From: an uncultured Cycloclasticus sp. | Lineage (GTDB): Bacteria; Pseudomonadota; Gammaproteobacteria; Methylococcales; Cycloclasticaceae | Reading direction: 5' to 3' | Assembly (NCBI GenBank): GCA_913060865.1 | Contig: CAJXTU010000006.1 | Span: 19,009-83,008 of the forward strand | DNA length: 64,000 bases | Part shown: positions 19,025 through 30,531 of the stretch, in pieces | Layout of the letters: every line of letters starts with the position of its first letter | Numbering within the stretch: position 1 is the stretch's first letter | Notes under the pieces: model-generated | What the model saw: only the letters and a program-made list of their open reading frames with translations | Told to the model about the DNA's origin: nothing | Databases searched by the model: none | Program-made: the position numbers and the translations under genes

Positions 19025-19972
19025 ATGAACACTCCAAAAAACCCTCAGCTTCGCAAAGCTATTCGCGACCGCCACTCATTTTTTGGCAATAACCCCATTA
19101 TCGTCAAACTATTGGATGATATTCAGCGTGTCGCCCTTAAAAACACACCAATTTTATTAGACGGCGAAACAGGTACCGGCAAAAGCTTATTAGCTAGAAA
19201 AATTCATGATCTCAGCCAACGTAAAGGTCCCTTTGTATCCATTAACTGTGCAACCTTTAGTCAACATCTACTAGAAACTGAATTATTTGGCCACGCAAAA
19301 GGCGCTTTTACAGGTGCAAAGGACGCACGAAAGGGACTAGTCGCCACAGCGCAAAACGGCACCCTTTTTTTAGATGAAATTGGTGAGCTTCCACTAGACT
19401 CCCAACCAAAACTTTTGCATCTTTTAGAAGAAAAAACGATTCGTCCTGTTGGTTCAGACAAAGAATATAACACCTCCGTCCGTATCGTCGCTGCGACTAA
19501 CCAACGCCTAAAAGACCTCGTTAAACAAGGTTTATTCAGAGCAGACTTATATTATCGCTTAAGTGTCGTCCCCTTTACCGCCCCTCCCCTTCGTGAACGC
19601 CCAGATGATATTGAGGCACTCACCACAACCTTTGTCTCCCAACTTTGTGAGGAACACGAGCTATCAAAACCTAGCATATCAACCGAATCAATCAATGCAT
19701 TAAAAGCGCATGACTGGCCCGGCAATATTCGCGAGCTGCGCAACCATATTGAACGCTCGTTACTCTTAGGCACCCCGTTACATGAGAAGCTACCGATAAA
19801 TAAAAACCATTCGCCAGCTACAAGCACACGATGCCTAAAATCACTCGAGAAGGCACACATCCTTAAGGTTATCGATGAGAGTAATGGCAATAAATCTCAA
19901 GCCGCGAACAATTTGGGGATTTCTCGCCGCACACTGGATAGAAAGCTGAAACGTTGGCAGCAAGCCGCCTAA
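19025..19972 (+). CDS. Sigma54-dependent enhancer-binding activator lacking an N-terminal sensor domain
   Basis: Walker A GETGTGKS, GAFTGA loop, FLDEIGE, FRADLYYRL, WPGNIREL, Fis-type HTH; only about 20 aa precede the AAA+ domain. Confidence 0.92.
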   Translation: MNTPKNPQLRKAIRDRHSFFGNNPIIVKLLDDIQRVALKNTPILLDGETGTGKSLLARKIHDLSQRKGPFVSINCATFSQHLLETELFGHAKGAFTGAKDARKGLVATAQNGTLFLDEIGELPLDSQPKLLHLLEEKTIRPVGSDKEYNTSVRIVAATNQRLKDLVKQGLFRADLYYRLSVVPFTAPPLRERPDDIEALTTTFVSQLCEEHELSKPSISTESINALKAHDWPGNIRELRNHIERSLLLGTPLHEKLPINKNHSPATSTRCLKSLEKAHILKVIDESNGNKSQAANNLGISRRTLDRKLKRWQQAA

Positions 19973-20064
19973 GGATATCTTTTCCATCGTCTACTAGGTA
20001 GTCAGCATTTTTCAGCGTAAAATGTCGCGCTTCACCTGAACTTCATTAACCCAAGAAACCAATT

Positions 20065-21777
20065 ATGCGTACTAGTCAATTCCCACTTAACACTGTTAAA
20101 GAAACCCCTTCAGATGCCGAAATCATTAGCCATCAGTTAACGATTCGCGCTGGACTTGTTCGCAAGTTAGCGGCTGGTTTATACAATTGGCTACCCCTAG
20201 GCGTACGTGTGCTGCAAAAAGCTCAACAAATCGTTCGCGAAGAAATGAACGATGCAGGCGCGCTGGAAGTGTTAATGCCCGTCGTGCAGCCCTCTGAACT
20301 ATGGCAAGAATCTGGCCGTTGGGAACAATATGGCCCTGAATTAGCTCGTTTACATGACAGGCATGGCCGCGAATTTTGCTTAGGCCCAACGCATGAAGAA
20401 ATCATCACTGAATTAGCGCGGAATGAAATCAAGAGCTACAAACAGTTACCGATTAATTACTACCAAATACAAACTAAATTTCGCGACGAAATTCGCCCAC
20501 GTTTTGGCATTATGCGCTCACGCGAATTTATTATGAAGGATGCCTATTCGTTTCACTTAAGCGACGAATCACTACAAGAAACATACGACCGCATGTTTCA
20601 AGCCTACAACAACATCTTCACCCGCTTGGGCCTTAACTTCCGCCCCGTACTGGCTGACACCGGTTCTATTGGTGGTAATGCTTCACATGAATTTCACGTA
20701 CTGGCTGATTCTGGTGAGGACGCTATTGCCTTTTCCACCGAAAGCCAATACGCCGCGAATGTTGAAAAAGCAGAAGCACTCGCGCCAACTGAACAGCGCG
20801 CCGATGCTAACCAAACGTTAGAAAAGGTAGCCACTCCAAACCAACGCAGCATTGAAGAAATCAGCAACTTCTTAAACGTGACTACCGCGCAATGTTTAAA
20901 AACCTTACTCGTTAAAGGGGACGACGATACCGTTGTGGCTCTTTTATTATGTGGCCACCACTCACTGAACGACATTAAAGCCGAAAAATTAGACGGCGTG
21001 GCATCACCCCTAACCATGGCTAGTGATGCTGATATTTCACAAGCAGCTGGCTGTGATGCGGGCTATATCGGCCCGATAAATTTAGGCGTACCAATGATTG
21101 TTGACCGTAGCGCGGCCAAGATGGCGAATTTTATTTGCGGTGCTAACGAAAATGACATGCACTACACGGGCGTAAATTGGGGCCGCGATTTAGCAGAACC
21201 AACTCGCATTGAAGATATTCGCCAAGTGGTTGAAGGTGACGCCAGCCCTGATGGGAAAGGCACTCTCACCATTGCACGCGGTATTGAAGTCGGGCATATT
21301 TTTCAACTAGGCACTAAATACAGCGAAGCGATGAACGCCTCTGTGCTGAACGAAAATGGTAAAAACCAAATCATGACTATGGGCTGTTATGGCATTGGTA
21401 TTACACGCGTTATTGCTGCCGCTATTGAACAAAACCATGATGATAAAGGCATTATTTGGCCGCCTGCATTAGCCCCTTTCCAAATAGCGTTGTTACCGAT
21501 GAATATGCATAAATCTGAACGCCTTAAAACAGCCGCTGAAAAACTATACATAGAGCTAAAAGATGCTGGCTTTGACGTATTATTTGATGACAGAAAGGTA
21601 CGCCCCGGCTTTATGTTTTCTGACATGGAGCTAATCGGCATTCCTCATCGTATCGTACTGGGTGATAGAGGCTTAGATAACGGCATGGTTGAGTATCGCG
21701 CCAGAACAGATAGCGACAATCAAGATATCCCCCTAGATCAAGTTATTGCACACCTAAAAGCAGCCACCCATCAATAG
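20065..21777 (+). CDS. proS: Prolyl-tRNA synthetase
   Basis: YCLGPTHEE-like, [22 protein letters not shown], editing insertion, [11 protein letters not shown]. Confidence 0.99.
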   Translation: MRTSQFPLNTVKETPSDAEIISHQLTIRAGLVRKLAAGLYNWLPLGVRVLQKAQQIVREEMNDAGALEVLMPVVQPSELWQESGRWEQYGPELARLHDRHGREFCLGPTHEEIITELARNEIKSYKQLPINYYQIQTKFRDEIRPRFGIMRSREFIMKDAYSFHLSDESLQETYDRMFQAYNNIFTRLGLNFRPVLADTGSIGGNASHEFHVLADSGEDAIAFSTESQYAANVEKAEALAPTEQRADANQTLEKVATPNQRSIEEISNFLNVTTAQCLKTLLVKGDDDTVVALLLCGHHSLNDIKAEKLDGVASPLTMASDADISQAAGCDAGYIGPINLGVPMIVDRSAAKMANFICGANENDMHYTGVNWGRDLAEPTRIEDIRQVVEGDASPDGKGTLTIARGIEVGHIFQLGTKYSEAMNASVLNENGKNQIMTMGCYGIGITRVIAAAIEQNHDDKGIIWPPALAPFQIALLPMNMHKSERLKTAAEKLYIELKDAGFDVLFDDRKVRPGFMFSDMELIGIPHRIVLGDRGLDNGMVEYRARTDSDNQDIPLDQVIAHLKAATHQ

Positions 21778-21786
21778 ACTGACATT

Positions 21787-22449
21787 ATGGAGACTAACTT
21801 TTGGCATGAACGTTGGGCAAAAAGTGAAATTGGTTTTCACTTAAATGAAGTTAACCCGTATCTTATAAAGTACTTTGGTGCGCTCAAAAAGAAATCAAAG
21901 ACGTCTGTTTTTGTTCCCCTATGCGGAAAAAGCAAAGACCTTATCTGGTTGGCAGAACAAGTAGAGCACGTTATTGGTATTGAGTTGAGCAAAAAGGCCA
22001 TTGATGATTTTTTCAGTGAAAACAAGCTCACACCCTCGATTATTCAGCATGAGCGATTCATTGAGTATCGCTATGCAAATTTAACCCTACTATGCGGTGA
22101 CTTATTCCAACTAACAGCTGCTGATTTAACGGGCCACCATCTCGTTTACGACCGCGCATCGCTGATTGCCTTTCCACCGGAGATGCGCTCGAGTTATGTC
22201 AAAAAATTAGATGAAATATTGCCCAATAAAGCGCAGCGACTACTGATCACTGTTGACTATCCGCAACATGAAATGAAGGGCCCTCCCTTTTCAGTACCGC
22301 CCGACGAAGTACATCAGTATTTCTCTTCACGATATGATATTCAATGTTTGCAGTCTGAGGATATTCTAGATGCATCAAAACGCTTCAAAGATAGAGGCGT
22401 AACGCGCATGCTTGAACACGTTTTTTTACTAACCGACAAAACGGCTTAG
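21787..22449 (+). CDS. tpm: Thiopurine S-methyltransferase family protein
   Basis: FWHERW, IGFH, VFVPLCGKSKDL, YDRASLIA, GPPFSV. Confidence 0.9.
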   Translation: METNFWHERWAKSEIGFHLNEVNPYLIKYFGALKKKSKTSVFVPLCGKSKDLIWLAEQVEHVIGIELSKKAIDDFFSENKLTPSIIQHERFIEYRYANLTLLCGDLFQLTAADLTGHHLVYDRASLIAFPPEMRSSYVKKLDEILPNKAQRLLITVDYPQHEMKGPPFSVPPDEVHQYFSSRYDIQCLQSEDILDASKRFKDRGVTRMLEHVFLLTDKTA

Positions 22450-22459
22450 AGGAAAATAC

Positions 22460-22645
22460 TCAGCCTTCAGTGAGTAGCTTTTCAACAATATAAACACACA
22501 TGCCGCAAGCGACGTTAACTCGCGTTTTTTCTCTTACTTGTTCGAGTGTGTCTATACCTTCAGCCTTAATAACGCTTAAGAGCTTTTGTTTTGTGATGCC
22601 TGTACAACTGCAAATCACATCATCGTCTTTAAACTCATACGCCAT
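22460..22645 (-). CDS. BFD-like [2Fe-2S] protein
   Basis: ICSCTGIT...ACGMC cysteine pattern in 61 aa. Confidence 0.8.
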   Translation of the reverse strand: MAYEFKDDDVICSCTGITKQKLLSVIKAEGIDTLEQVREKTRVNVACGMCVYIVEKLLTEG

Positions 22646-22654
22646 CTTTTAGGC

Positions 22655-23362
22655 TCAGTGATCGTGCCCGCAACTTGACTCTGGTTCTGCCTCATAAGGG
22701 CTTTTACGTTTCGGCGTATTCATTCTGTATTGCACAAAATCTTGTACATTATGGTGATGTAAAAAAGGGTTACCCTTAATCTGCTCTTCTAGCGTGGATG
22801 TTTTCTTCACTGCATAATTATGCCCAGGCAAAATAGTGGTTGAACTAGGCAAATCGGTACGGATTTTATTCAGTGTTTTGAACATCACTTCTGGGTCACC
22901 ACCGGTAAAATCACACCGTCCACAGCCAAATACAAACATCGTATCCCCTGTTAATAACTGGTCGTCTACGTGGTAGCAGGTTGAACCCGGTGTATGCCCA
23001 GGTGTATGCAGCATTTTAATCGGCGTTTTACCCAACATGACTTCATCACCACCGTGATGCAAAGTGGGTGACCCTTCGTGCTCACCCCAAAATTCTGCTT
23101 CTTCTTTAAGCAGGTGAAGCTCTGCATCAAATACATTCAACACATCTGAAATGCCGTTGATATGATCAGGGTGACTATGCGTTAATAAAATATCCGTGAT
23201 TTTATATCCACGTTGATTGACTAACTCAATCGCCTTCGGTACATCCCAAGCAGGGTCAACGATTGCTGCTCGTTTAGTCGCATGGTCTTGTATCAGATAG
23301 ATAAAATTTTCCATTGGGCCAAGCTCCAATGCATCTATTGTATAATTTTTTTCAGTCATCAC
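22655..23362 (-). CDS. MBL-fold hydrolase (glyoxalase II-like)
   Basis: THSHPDH, HTPGHTPG, TGDTMF, PGH metal ligands. Confidence 0.88.
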   Translation of the reverse strand: MMTEKNYTIDALELGPMENFIYLIQDHATKRAAIVDPAWDVPKAIELVNQRGYKITDILLTHSHPDHINGISDVLNVFDAELHLLKEEAEFWGEHEGSPTLHHGGDEVMLGKTPIKMLHTPGHTPGSTCYHVDDQLLTGDTMFVFGCGRCDFTGGDPEVMFKTLNKIRTDLPSSTTILPGHNYAVKKTSTLEEQIKGNPFLHHHNVQDFVQYRMNTPKRKSPYEAEPESSCGHDH

Positions 23363-23381
23363 TTACTCCTGCTATTTATAT

Positions 23382-24959
23382 TTACAGTTCACGTGTCGCG
23401 CTAAAGGTAATATCTGGCCAACGCTCTTGTGTTAAAGATAAATTTACTCTCGTCTTCGCTAAATATACCAGATAACCACCGCCATCTTCAGCCAAGCTAT
23501 CGTGCGCCTTCTTTTTAAACTCTTCAAATTTTTTCGGATCGTCGCAACTCACCCAACGTGCCGCCGTTATCGGTGCATTGTCATACACGCACTCTACGTT
23601 ATATTCGCTTTTTAGACGTTGTGCGGTCACTTCAAACTGAAGCACCCCCACCGCACCCAGTATCAAATCATTATTTCTGAGTGGTTTAAACAGCTGTGTT
23701 GCGCCTTCTTCAGTCAATTGTGTGAGCCCTTTTTGAAGCGCTTTCATACGCAGTGGATCTTTTAAAACTGCGCGGCGAAATAGTTCCGGCGCGAAATAAG
23801 GAATACCACCAAATTTCAACTTCTCACCTTGCGTAAACGTATCACCAACTTGGATAGTCCCATGATTATGCAGCCCGATAATATCACCCGCAAAAGCCTG
23901 TTCTACATTTTTTCGACTATCGGCCTGAAAGGTAATCGCATTACCTATTTGAATATTTTTACCAATACGCACATGGCTCATTTTCATACCTTGCGAATAT
24001 TCACCTGAACAAATGCGCATAAACGCAATACGGTCACGATGTGCGGGATCCATATTTGCTTGAACTTTAAAAACAAAGCCAGTGAATTTTTCCTCTTCTG
24101 GCATCACTTCACGCTCAACTGCGTGTCGAGACTGAGGTGCAGGTGCGTACTCTGCAAAAGCATCCAGCAACTCCCCAACACCAAAGTTATTAACCGCAGA
24201 ACCAAAAAAAACGGGGGTTTGTTTGCCCGATAAATAAGCCTCTATATCGAAGGGTGTGCTGGCTTCGCGTACCAGTTCCAGCTCTTCAAAAAAGTCATCA
24301 ACCTCGTTACCCACTAGCTCTTTTAATTTTGGATCATCTAAGCCTTTAAATATTTCGCCGGTAGCAATTTTGCCGCCGTGTGTCGGGCTAAAGACGTGCA
24401 CCTCATCATTATAAAGGTGATAAACCCCTTTGAAACGCTTACCCATACCGATTGGCCAAGTCATTGGCGCGCATTCAATCTTTAGCACCGACTCAACCTC
24501 ATCAATCAACTCTAAAGGCTCACGCCCTTCTCGATCCAACTTATTGATAAAGGTAATAATGGGTGTATCGCGTAAACGACACACTTCCATTAATTTAATC
24601 GTTCGTGCTTCCACACCTTTAGCGCAATCTATCACCATTAATGCCGAGTCAACCGCGGTAAGCGTTCGATAGGTATCTTCAGAAAAGTCTTCGTGCCCTG
24701 GTGTATCCAGTAGATTCAGCAGCTTTTCATTATGCTCGAATTGCATCACAGAGGTGGTAATCGAAATACCTCGCTCTTGCTCCATTTCCATCCAATCTGA
24801 CGTTGCATGACGTGATGCTTTGCGCCCTTTAACGGAACCTGCGACCTGAATCGCGCCCCCAAACAGCAACAATTTTTCGGTCAGTGTCGTTTTACCCGCA
24901 TCGGGGTGGGAGATGATGGCGAACGTTCGCCGTTTTTTGAATTCGTTAGACATGCTCAT
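23382..24959 (-). CDS. prfC: Peptide chain release factor 3
   Basis: [37 protein letters not shown]. Confidence 0.98.
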   Translation of the reverse strand: MSMSNEFKKRRTFAIISHPDAGKTTLTEKLLLFGGAIQVAGSVKGRKASRHATSDWMEMEQERGISITTSVMQFEHNEKLLNLLDTPGHEDFSEDTYRTLTAVDSALMVIDCAKGVEARTIKLMEVCRLRDTPIITFINKLDREGREPLELIDEVESVLKIECAPMTWPIGMGKRFKGVYHLYNDEVHVFSPTHGGKIATGEIFKGLDDPKLKELVGNEVDDFFEELELVREASTPFDIEAYLSGKQTPVFFGSAVNNFGVGELLDAFAEYAPAPQSRHAVEREVMPEEEKFTGFVFKVQANMDPAHRDRIAFMRICSGEYSQGMKMSHVRIGKNIQIGNAITFQADSRKNVEQAFAGDIIGLHNHGTIQVGDTFTQGEKLKFGGIPYFAPELFRRAVLKDPLRMKALQKGLTQLTEEGATQLFKPLRNNDLILGAVGVLQFEVTAQRLKSEYNVECVYDNAPITAARWVSCDDPKKFEEFKKKAHDSLAEDGGGYLVYLAKTRVNLSLTQERWPDITFSATREL

Positions 24960-25029
24960 TGAATACTCACAATAATGTCTGGGCATTATACGGCAAGCGA
25001 TTGTGAGCTAATAATTCTTAAAGCGGTTT

Positions 25030-25530
25030 TTAAGCAGGATTTACTGTTAAATCCAATGAGAGAACGATAGCATCTTCTTTACCATCGGCGGCTGGGTAAT
25101 AATTTTTGCGTTGGCCGATTTGTTTAAATCCGGCTTTTTTATACAGTTTAACCGCCGCTGTATTGGAAGGACGAACCTCTAAAAAAATACTGTCAGCATT
25201 TTTTTTCTTCGCCACGCCTATTAACTCTACTAGAAACTGTTGCCCAAGCCCTTGGCCTTTATATAAAGGATCTAAACAAATGTTTAAGATATGCGCTTCG
25301 CCCACCGCTACAGATAAAATCGCGTAACCTATAAATTGATCATCTTTAATAAATGCCCAGTTTGAATACCCCACATTAAGACAGTCTCTGAAAATACCCT
25401 CACTCCACGGGTAGTTGTACATTTGCCGCTCTATCGACATCACTGCGGCAATATCCTGTTCTTTTAACGAGCGAATATACAGTGGTTTTTTCTTAACAAT
25501 CCCTAATAAGCTTTGTAATCTACCCCACAT
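25030..25530 (-). CDS. rimI: Ribosomal protein S18 N-acetyltransferase
   Basis: EAHILNICL, GQGLG, FLEVRPSN, RKNYYP, EDAIV. Confidence 0.95.
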   Translation of the reverse strand: MWGRLQSLLGIVKKKPLYIRSLKEQDIAAVMSIERQMYNYPWSEGIFRDCLNVGYSNWAFIKDDQFIGYAILSVAVGEAHILNICLDPLYKGQGLGQQFLVELIGVAKKKNADSIFLEVRPSNTAAVKLYKKAGFKQIGQRKNYYPAADGKEDAIVLSLDLTVNPA

Positions 25531-26203
25531 GACGATTATTAACGATGTTGCTCGCTAACTGCATAGCATCCCATGCCTGTGCTTTAGCCAAGGGGGACTC
25601 TAACAAATAACGAGGATGATGAGTGACTACAATCAGCGGAGAAATATCATCCACCCGCTGTGCTTTGCCTATAAGGGTCGCGAACGTACCATCTGACTTA
25701 AGCAAGCTTTGAGCTGCCTGCTCACCTAATACTAAAATCACCGCCGGGTTCACTAACTCAATTTGGCGGAGCAAATAAGGTCTACATGATGATAACGCTG
25801 CTTGGCCTGAGTCGGCACTCACTGCATAACACTTAACACTATTTGTTAAATAGCTGTCCGATTCTTTAATACCAATAGCTAACAACATTTCTGATAATAA
25901 ACGAGCCGCATTACTTGTGAACGGCCGACCTTGAAAGTCGTCTTCTTCTGATGGAAAATCACCCACTATTAGCCAATCCGCTTGCACCGGACCATCACCA
26001 AACACGACTTGCTTTCGCGTTGTTGACGCATCACAACGTTGACAGTCTGTTGCTAACGTATGAAGCTCTGCAAGACTCTCAGCTTCAAGGCCTAAATTTT
26101 CATTATCGACATCGGGCGCCTGTGTCTCATGCCTCCCTCTTTCCTGCCAAACTTGAACACCCATAGTATCCAAGTACTCTAACTGCCTAGCTGATATTGT
26201 CAT
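25520..26203 (-). CDS. Family-4 uracil-DNA glycosylase-like [4Fe-4S] protein with degenerate catalytic motif and a psi(HolD)-like N-terminus
   Basis: CQRC, VKC and CRPYL cysteines; HHPRYLL; motif A reads GDFPS instead of GE(A/G)PG; N-terminus RQLEYLDTMGVQVWQER. Confidence 0.75.
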   Translation of the reverse strand: MTISARQLEYLDTMGVQVWQERGRHETQAPDVDNENLGLEAESLAELHTLATDCQRCDASTTRKQVVFGDGPVQADWLIVGDFPSEEDDFQGRPFTSNAARLLSEMLLAIGIKESDSYLTNSVKCYAVSADSGQAALSSCRPYLLRQIELVNPAVILVLGEQAAQSLLKSDGTFATLIGKAQRVDDISPLIVVTHHPRYLLESPLAKAQAWDAMQLASNIVNNRHVG

Positions 26204-26949
26204 TCAGGTGTTTCGACCTTCTTTTCTCGCCGCCTGCGCCTTAACAAGCTCATCGTTAGTGCAATACCTGAGAGCGCATACGCCAAACAAACAATAAACA
26301 ATACCAACGGGGGAGCCGCGTAAATTAGCGCTAAGACCAGCATCACTATCACCGCAACAACAAAGGGAACTTTACCTGTAAAGTTAAGCTCCTTAAAACT
26401 GTGATATCGAATATTACTCACCATTAATAAGCCAGCACATAAGGTCACCAATGAAAGACCAATGGTTTCTACAGTACCGGAGAGCTGATAATCTTCCATT
26501 AACCAGATATAACCCGCTACCAGTGCAGCAGCAGCTGGGCTGGCTAAGCCTTGAAAATACCGTTTATCGGCTGTACTGTGCTGCACATTAAAGCGTGCCA
26601 AACGCAGCGCCCCACACGTTGCATAAACAAAAGCAACAATCCAACCAAATTTGCCGAACGATGATAGCCCCCAAGAATAAGCCAACGCAGCAGGAGCAAC
26701 GCCAAATGAAACGAGATCTGCCAAACTATCGTACTGCGCACCAAATTCGCTTTGTGTATTTGTCATTCGTGCCACTCGACCATCAAGGCCATCCAGCACC
26801 ATCGCAATAAAAATAGCGATAACCGATATTTCAAAATGCTCATTAATCGCACCCGTAATGGCATAAAAACCAGCGAATAAAGCACTTGTTGTAAACAGGT
26901 TTGGCAATAAATAAAGCCCTTTTGACGGCTGTTTTTTTGTTTCTTTCAT
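26200..26949 (-). CDS. pssA: CDP-diacylglycerol--serine O-phosphatidyltransferase
   Basis: LPNLFT, DGLDGRVAR...FGAQYDSLADLVSFGVAPA, LRLARFN. Confidence 0.95.
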   Translation of the reverse strand: MKETKKQPSKGLYLLPNLFTTSALFAGFYAITGAINEHFEISVIAIFIAMVLDGLDGRVARMTNTQSEFGAQYDSLADLVSFGVAPAALAYSWGLSSFGKFGWIVAFVYATCGALRLARFNVQHSTADKRYFQGLASPAAAALVAGYIWLMEDYQLSGTVETIGLSLVTLCAGLLMVSNIRYHSFKELNFTGKVPFVVAVIVMLVLALIYAAPPLVLFIVCLAYALSGIALTMSLLRRRRREKKVETPE

Positions 26950-27008
26950 CTACAACTAACTCCCCTAATAATACTTTTAGTATAGCTCAGCAACCGCTAC
27001 TTTATGGC

Positions 27009-27034
27009 AAAAAAAACGGCCGTCAAAACGGCCG
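27009..27034 (-). terminator. Intrinsic terminator of the ilvIHC operon
   Basis: CGGCCGT-CAAA-ACGGCCG stem with 8 U on the minus strand. Confidence 0.85.
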
Positions 27035-27059
27035 CTTCTTTATTATAGTGAAAAAAAGA

Positions 27060-28100
<1,041 letters not shown>

Positions 28101-28129
28101 TCAACTGCCTTGCCGATGCAAGACACCAC

Positions 28130-28624
28130 TTACACCGTCAGTGATCTTTCGCCACGAGAAAGACCAATTACACCTGTCCGAACGACTTCTAGTACTTCAT
28201 CTTCGACTGAAGATAAGAAATCATCCAACCAAACCTTTTCCCCCGTCAATTCAATGATTAAATAATCATCAGTATCATCGGTAACACGCGCTAAAGATTC
28301 TGCGCTTAAATTTTCAATTTTTTGCACCATTACATCAGTCTTTTTAACTTTCAGTAAAGCAAGCTCTCGCTCTAGTGAAAAAGATTCTGATAAATCAATT
28401 AACTTAACCACATCAATTAATTTGTTCAGCTGCTTCTTAATCTGTTCAACTGTTTCATCATTCCCCACAGTCACCAATGTTAAACGCGACAAAGTAGGGT
28501 CTTGAGTTGGCGCTACTGTTAACGACTCGATGTTATACGCTCTAGCGGAAAACAAGCCCGAAACACGTGACAAGGCACCCGCTTCATTTTCCAACAAGAC
28601 TGAAATAATATGCTGACGACTCAT
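28130..28624 (-). CDS. ilvH: Acetolactate synthase small subunit
   Basis: ENEAGALSRVSGLFSAR.YNIESL ACT domain; EVVRTG. Confidence 0.96.
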   Translation of the reverse strand: MSRQHIISVLLENEAGALSRVSGLFSARAYNIESLTVAPTQDPTLSRLTLVTVGNDETVEQIKKQLNKLIDVVKLIDLSESFSLERELALLKVKKTDVMVQKIENLSAESLARVTDDTDDYLIIELTGEKVWLDDFLSSVEDEVLEVVRTGVIGLSRGERSLTV

Positions 28625-30351
28625 GCCAGTATCCTTTTATATTTTGAACTGGGCGCCATCACCATATCGTTATGCGCTTTACCCGCTTCAATCATCGGGT
28701 ACACATTTTCTTTGGTATCGGTCAAGAAATCCATAAAAACGGTACGGTCTTTCATCGAAAATGCTTCTCTTAACGCAGGCTCAACATCTTCTTTTTTGGT
28801 GATTTGCATACCGATATGGCCATATGCTTCTGCTAACTTTTTAAAGTCAGGCAATGCCTCAAGATACGAGTGTGAATAACGACTTTTATAGGTGAATTCC
28901 TGCCATTGACGCACCATACCTAAATAGCCATTATTTAAATTAATCACTTTTACGGGCGTATCATACTGCAACATTGTGGACAATTCTTGCAGGCACATTT
29001 GAATACTGCCTTCACCTGTTACACAAGCAACGTCAGCTTCAGGGTGTGCAAACTTAACACCCATGGCCGCTGGTAGACCAAAACCCATTGTTCCTAACCC
29101 ACCGGAGTTTATCCACCGACGTGGTTTATCAAATGGATAGTATTGTGCGGCAAACATTTGATGCTGACCCACATCTGATGTCACAAAGGCTTCACCCTTA
29201 GTTACGTTATATAGTTGCTCTATAACAAATTGCGGTTTGATCGTATCCGTATTTTTTTCATACGCCAAACAATCAACACCACGCCATTCATCTATTTGGT
29301 TCCACCAAGCACCTATACGCGCACGATCAAACGTTTCACCCAAACTCTTCAATTGTGCAAGCATGTCCAATAAGATAGGCTTAACTTGTCCAACAATGGG
29401 CACATCAACCGTGATTGTTTTCGAGATAGAGGCTGGATCTACATCAATATGAATGATTTTTGCATGTGGGCAAAACTCTGCGATTTTACCCGTCACACGG
29501 TCATCAAACCGTGCACCAATGGCAATTATTAAGTCACTGTCGTGCATCGACATATTTGCTTCATAGGTGCCGTGCATACCCAACATACCGATAAACTGAG
29601 GATCCGTACCAGGGAATGCACCTAGGCCCATCAATGTTTGAGTCACAGGGAAATTCAATGTATGGCAGAGCTGCCTTAACTCATCACTCGCTTCACCCAA
29701 AATAACACCACCGCCACTATATATAACAGGGCGTTTAGCTTCTTTGATGAGCTTTATTGCTTTTCGTGTCTGACCAATATTACCGCTAACCGTTGGCTTA
29801 TATGAGCGCATAATCACTTCTTCCGGATATTGATACGGAACCTTAACATTAGGATCAGTAATATCTTTTGGAATATCAACCACCACTGGGCCTGGACGAC
29901 CGGATGTTGCTAAATAAAACGCTTTTTTCATCGTTTCCGCAATATCCGCAACATCTTTCACCAAAAAATTATGCTTCACACAAGGACGAGTAATACCAAC
30001 CGTATCCACTTCTTGAAATGCATCTGTCCCAATAACAGGACGTGGCACTTGTCCTGTTATAACAACCATTGGAATAGAATCCATATAAGCTGTCGCAATG
30101 CCAGTCACCGCATTTGTAGCCCCCGGACCAGATGTCACTAATACTACGCCTGGCTTGCCAGATGATCGCGCGTAACCATCTGCCGCATGCGTGGCACCTT
30201 GTTCATGGCGCACAAGCACATGCTTGACATCGTCCTGCTTAAAAATAGCATCATATATATGTAATACGCACCCACCAGGGTACCCAAACACGTATTCCAC
30301 ACCCTCATCTTTCAAGGACTGGATGACGATCTCACCGCCACTTAACTCCAC
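28621..30351 (-). CDS. ilvI: Acetolactate synthase large subunit
   Basis: GTG at 30351 with GGAG RBS; FGYPGG, RHEQGATH, SDVGQHQM, GEGSIQM..NN. Confidence 0.97.
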   Translation of the reverse strand: MELSGGEIVIQSLKDEGVEYVFGYPGGCVLHIYDAIFKQDDVKHVLVRHEQGATHAADGYARSSGKPGVVLVTSGPGATNAVTGIATAYMDSIPMVVITGQVPRPVIGTDAFQEVDTVGITRPCVKHNFLVKDVADIAETMKKAFYLATSGRPGPVVVDIPKDITDPNVKVPYQYPEEVIMRSYKPTVSGNIGQTRKAIKLIKEAKRPVIYSGGGVILGEASDELRQLCHTLNFPVTQTLMGLGAFPGTDPQFIGMLGMHGTYEANMSMHDSDLIIAIGARFDDRVTGKIAEFCPHAKIIHIDVDPASISKTITVDVPIVGQVKPILLDMLAQLKSLGETFDRARIGAWWNQIDEWRGVDCLAYEKNTDTIKPQFVIEQLYNVTKGEAFVTSDVGQHQMFAAQYYPFDKPRRWINSGGLGTMGFGLPAAMGVKFAHPEADVACVTGEGSIQMCLQELSTMLQYDTPVKVINLNNGYLGMVRQWQEFTYKSRYSHSYLEALPDFKKLAEAYGHIGMQITKKEDVEPALREAFSMKDRTVFMDFLTDTKENVYPMIEAGKAHNDMVMAPSSKYKRILA

Positions 30352-30425
30352 AACAACTCTCCAAAATTCAAATGAATTGATTCGATCTAAAACCGACCTG
30401 ATTACAACGCGCAATCGAACTCGAC

Positions 30426-30454
30426 AAAATACTAATTTTTGCGCACTGGGTCAA
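30426..30454 (-). promoter_or_regulatory. Candidate sigma70 promoter of ilvI
   Basis: Minus strand TTGACC-N17-TATTTT. Confidence 0.55.
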
Positions 30455-30531
30455 GCTCTTTCATTAATCAATAACTACTATATACTGGCACTAAAAGATA
30501 TTCACCATACATAAACTATAAGGATTTAAGT

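Noticed and set aside
30352-30425. ilv leader-peptide attenuator
   Set aside because: No leader ORF rich in Ile/Leu/Val and no terminator hairpin with U-tract in the ~70 nt leader.
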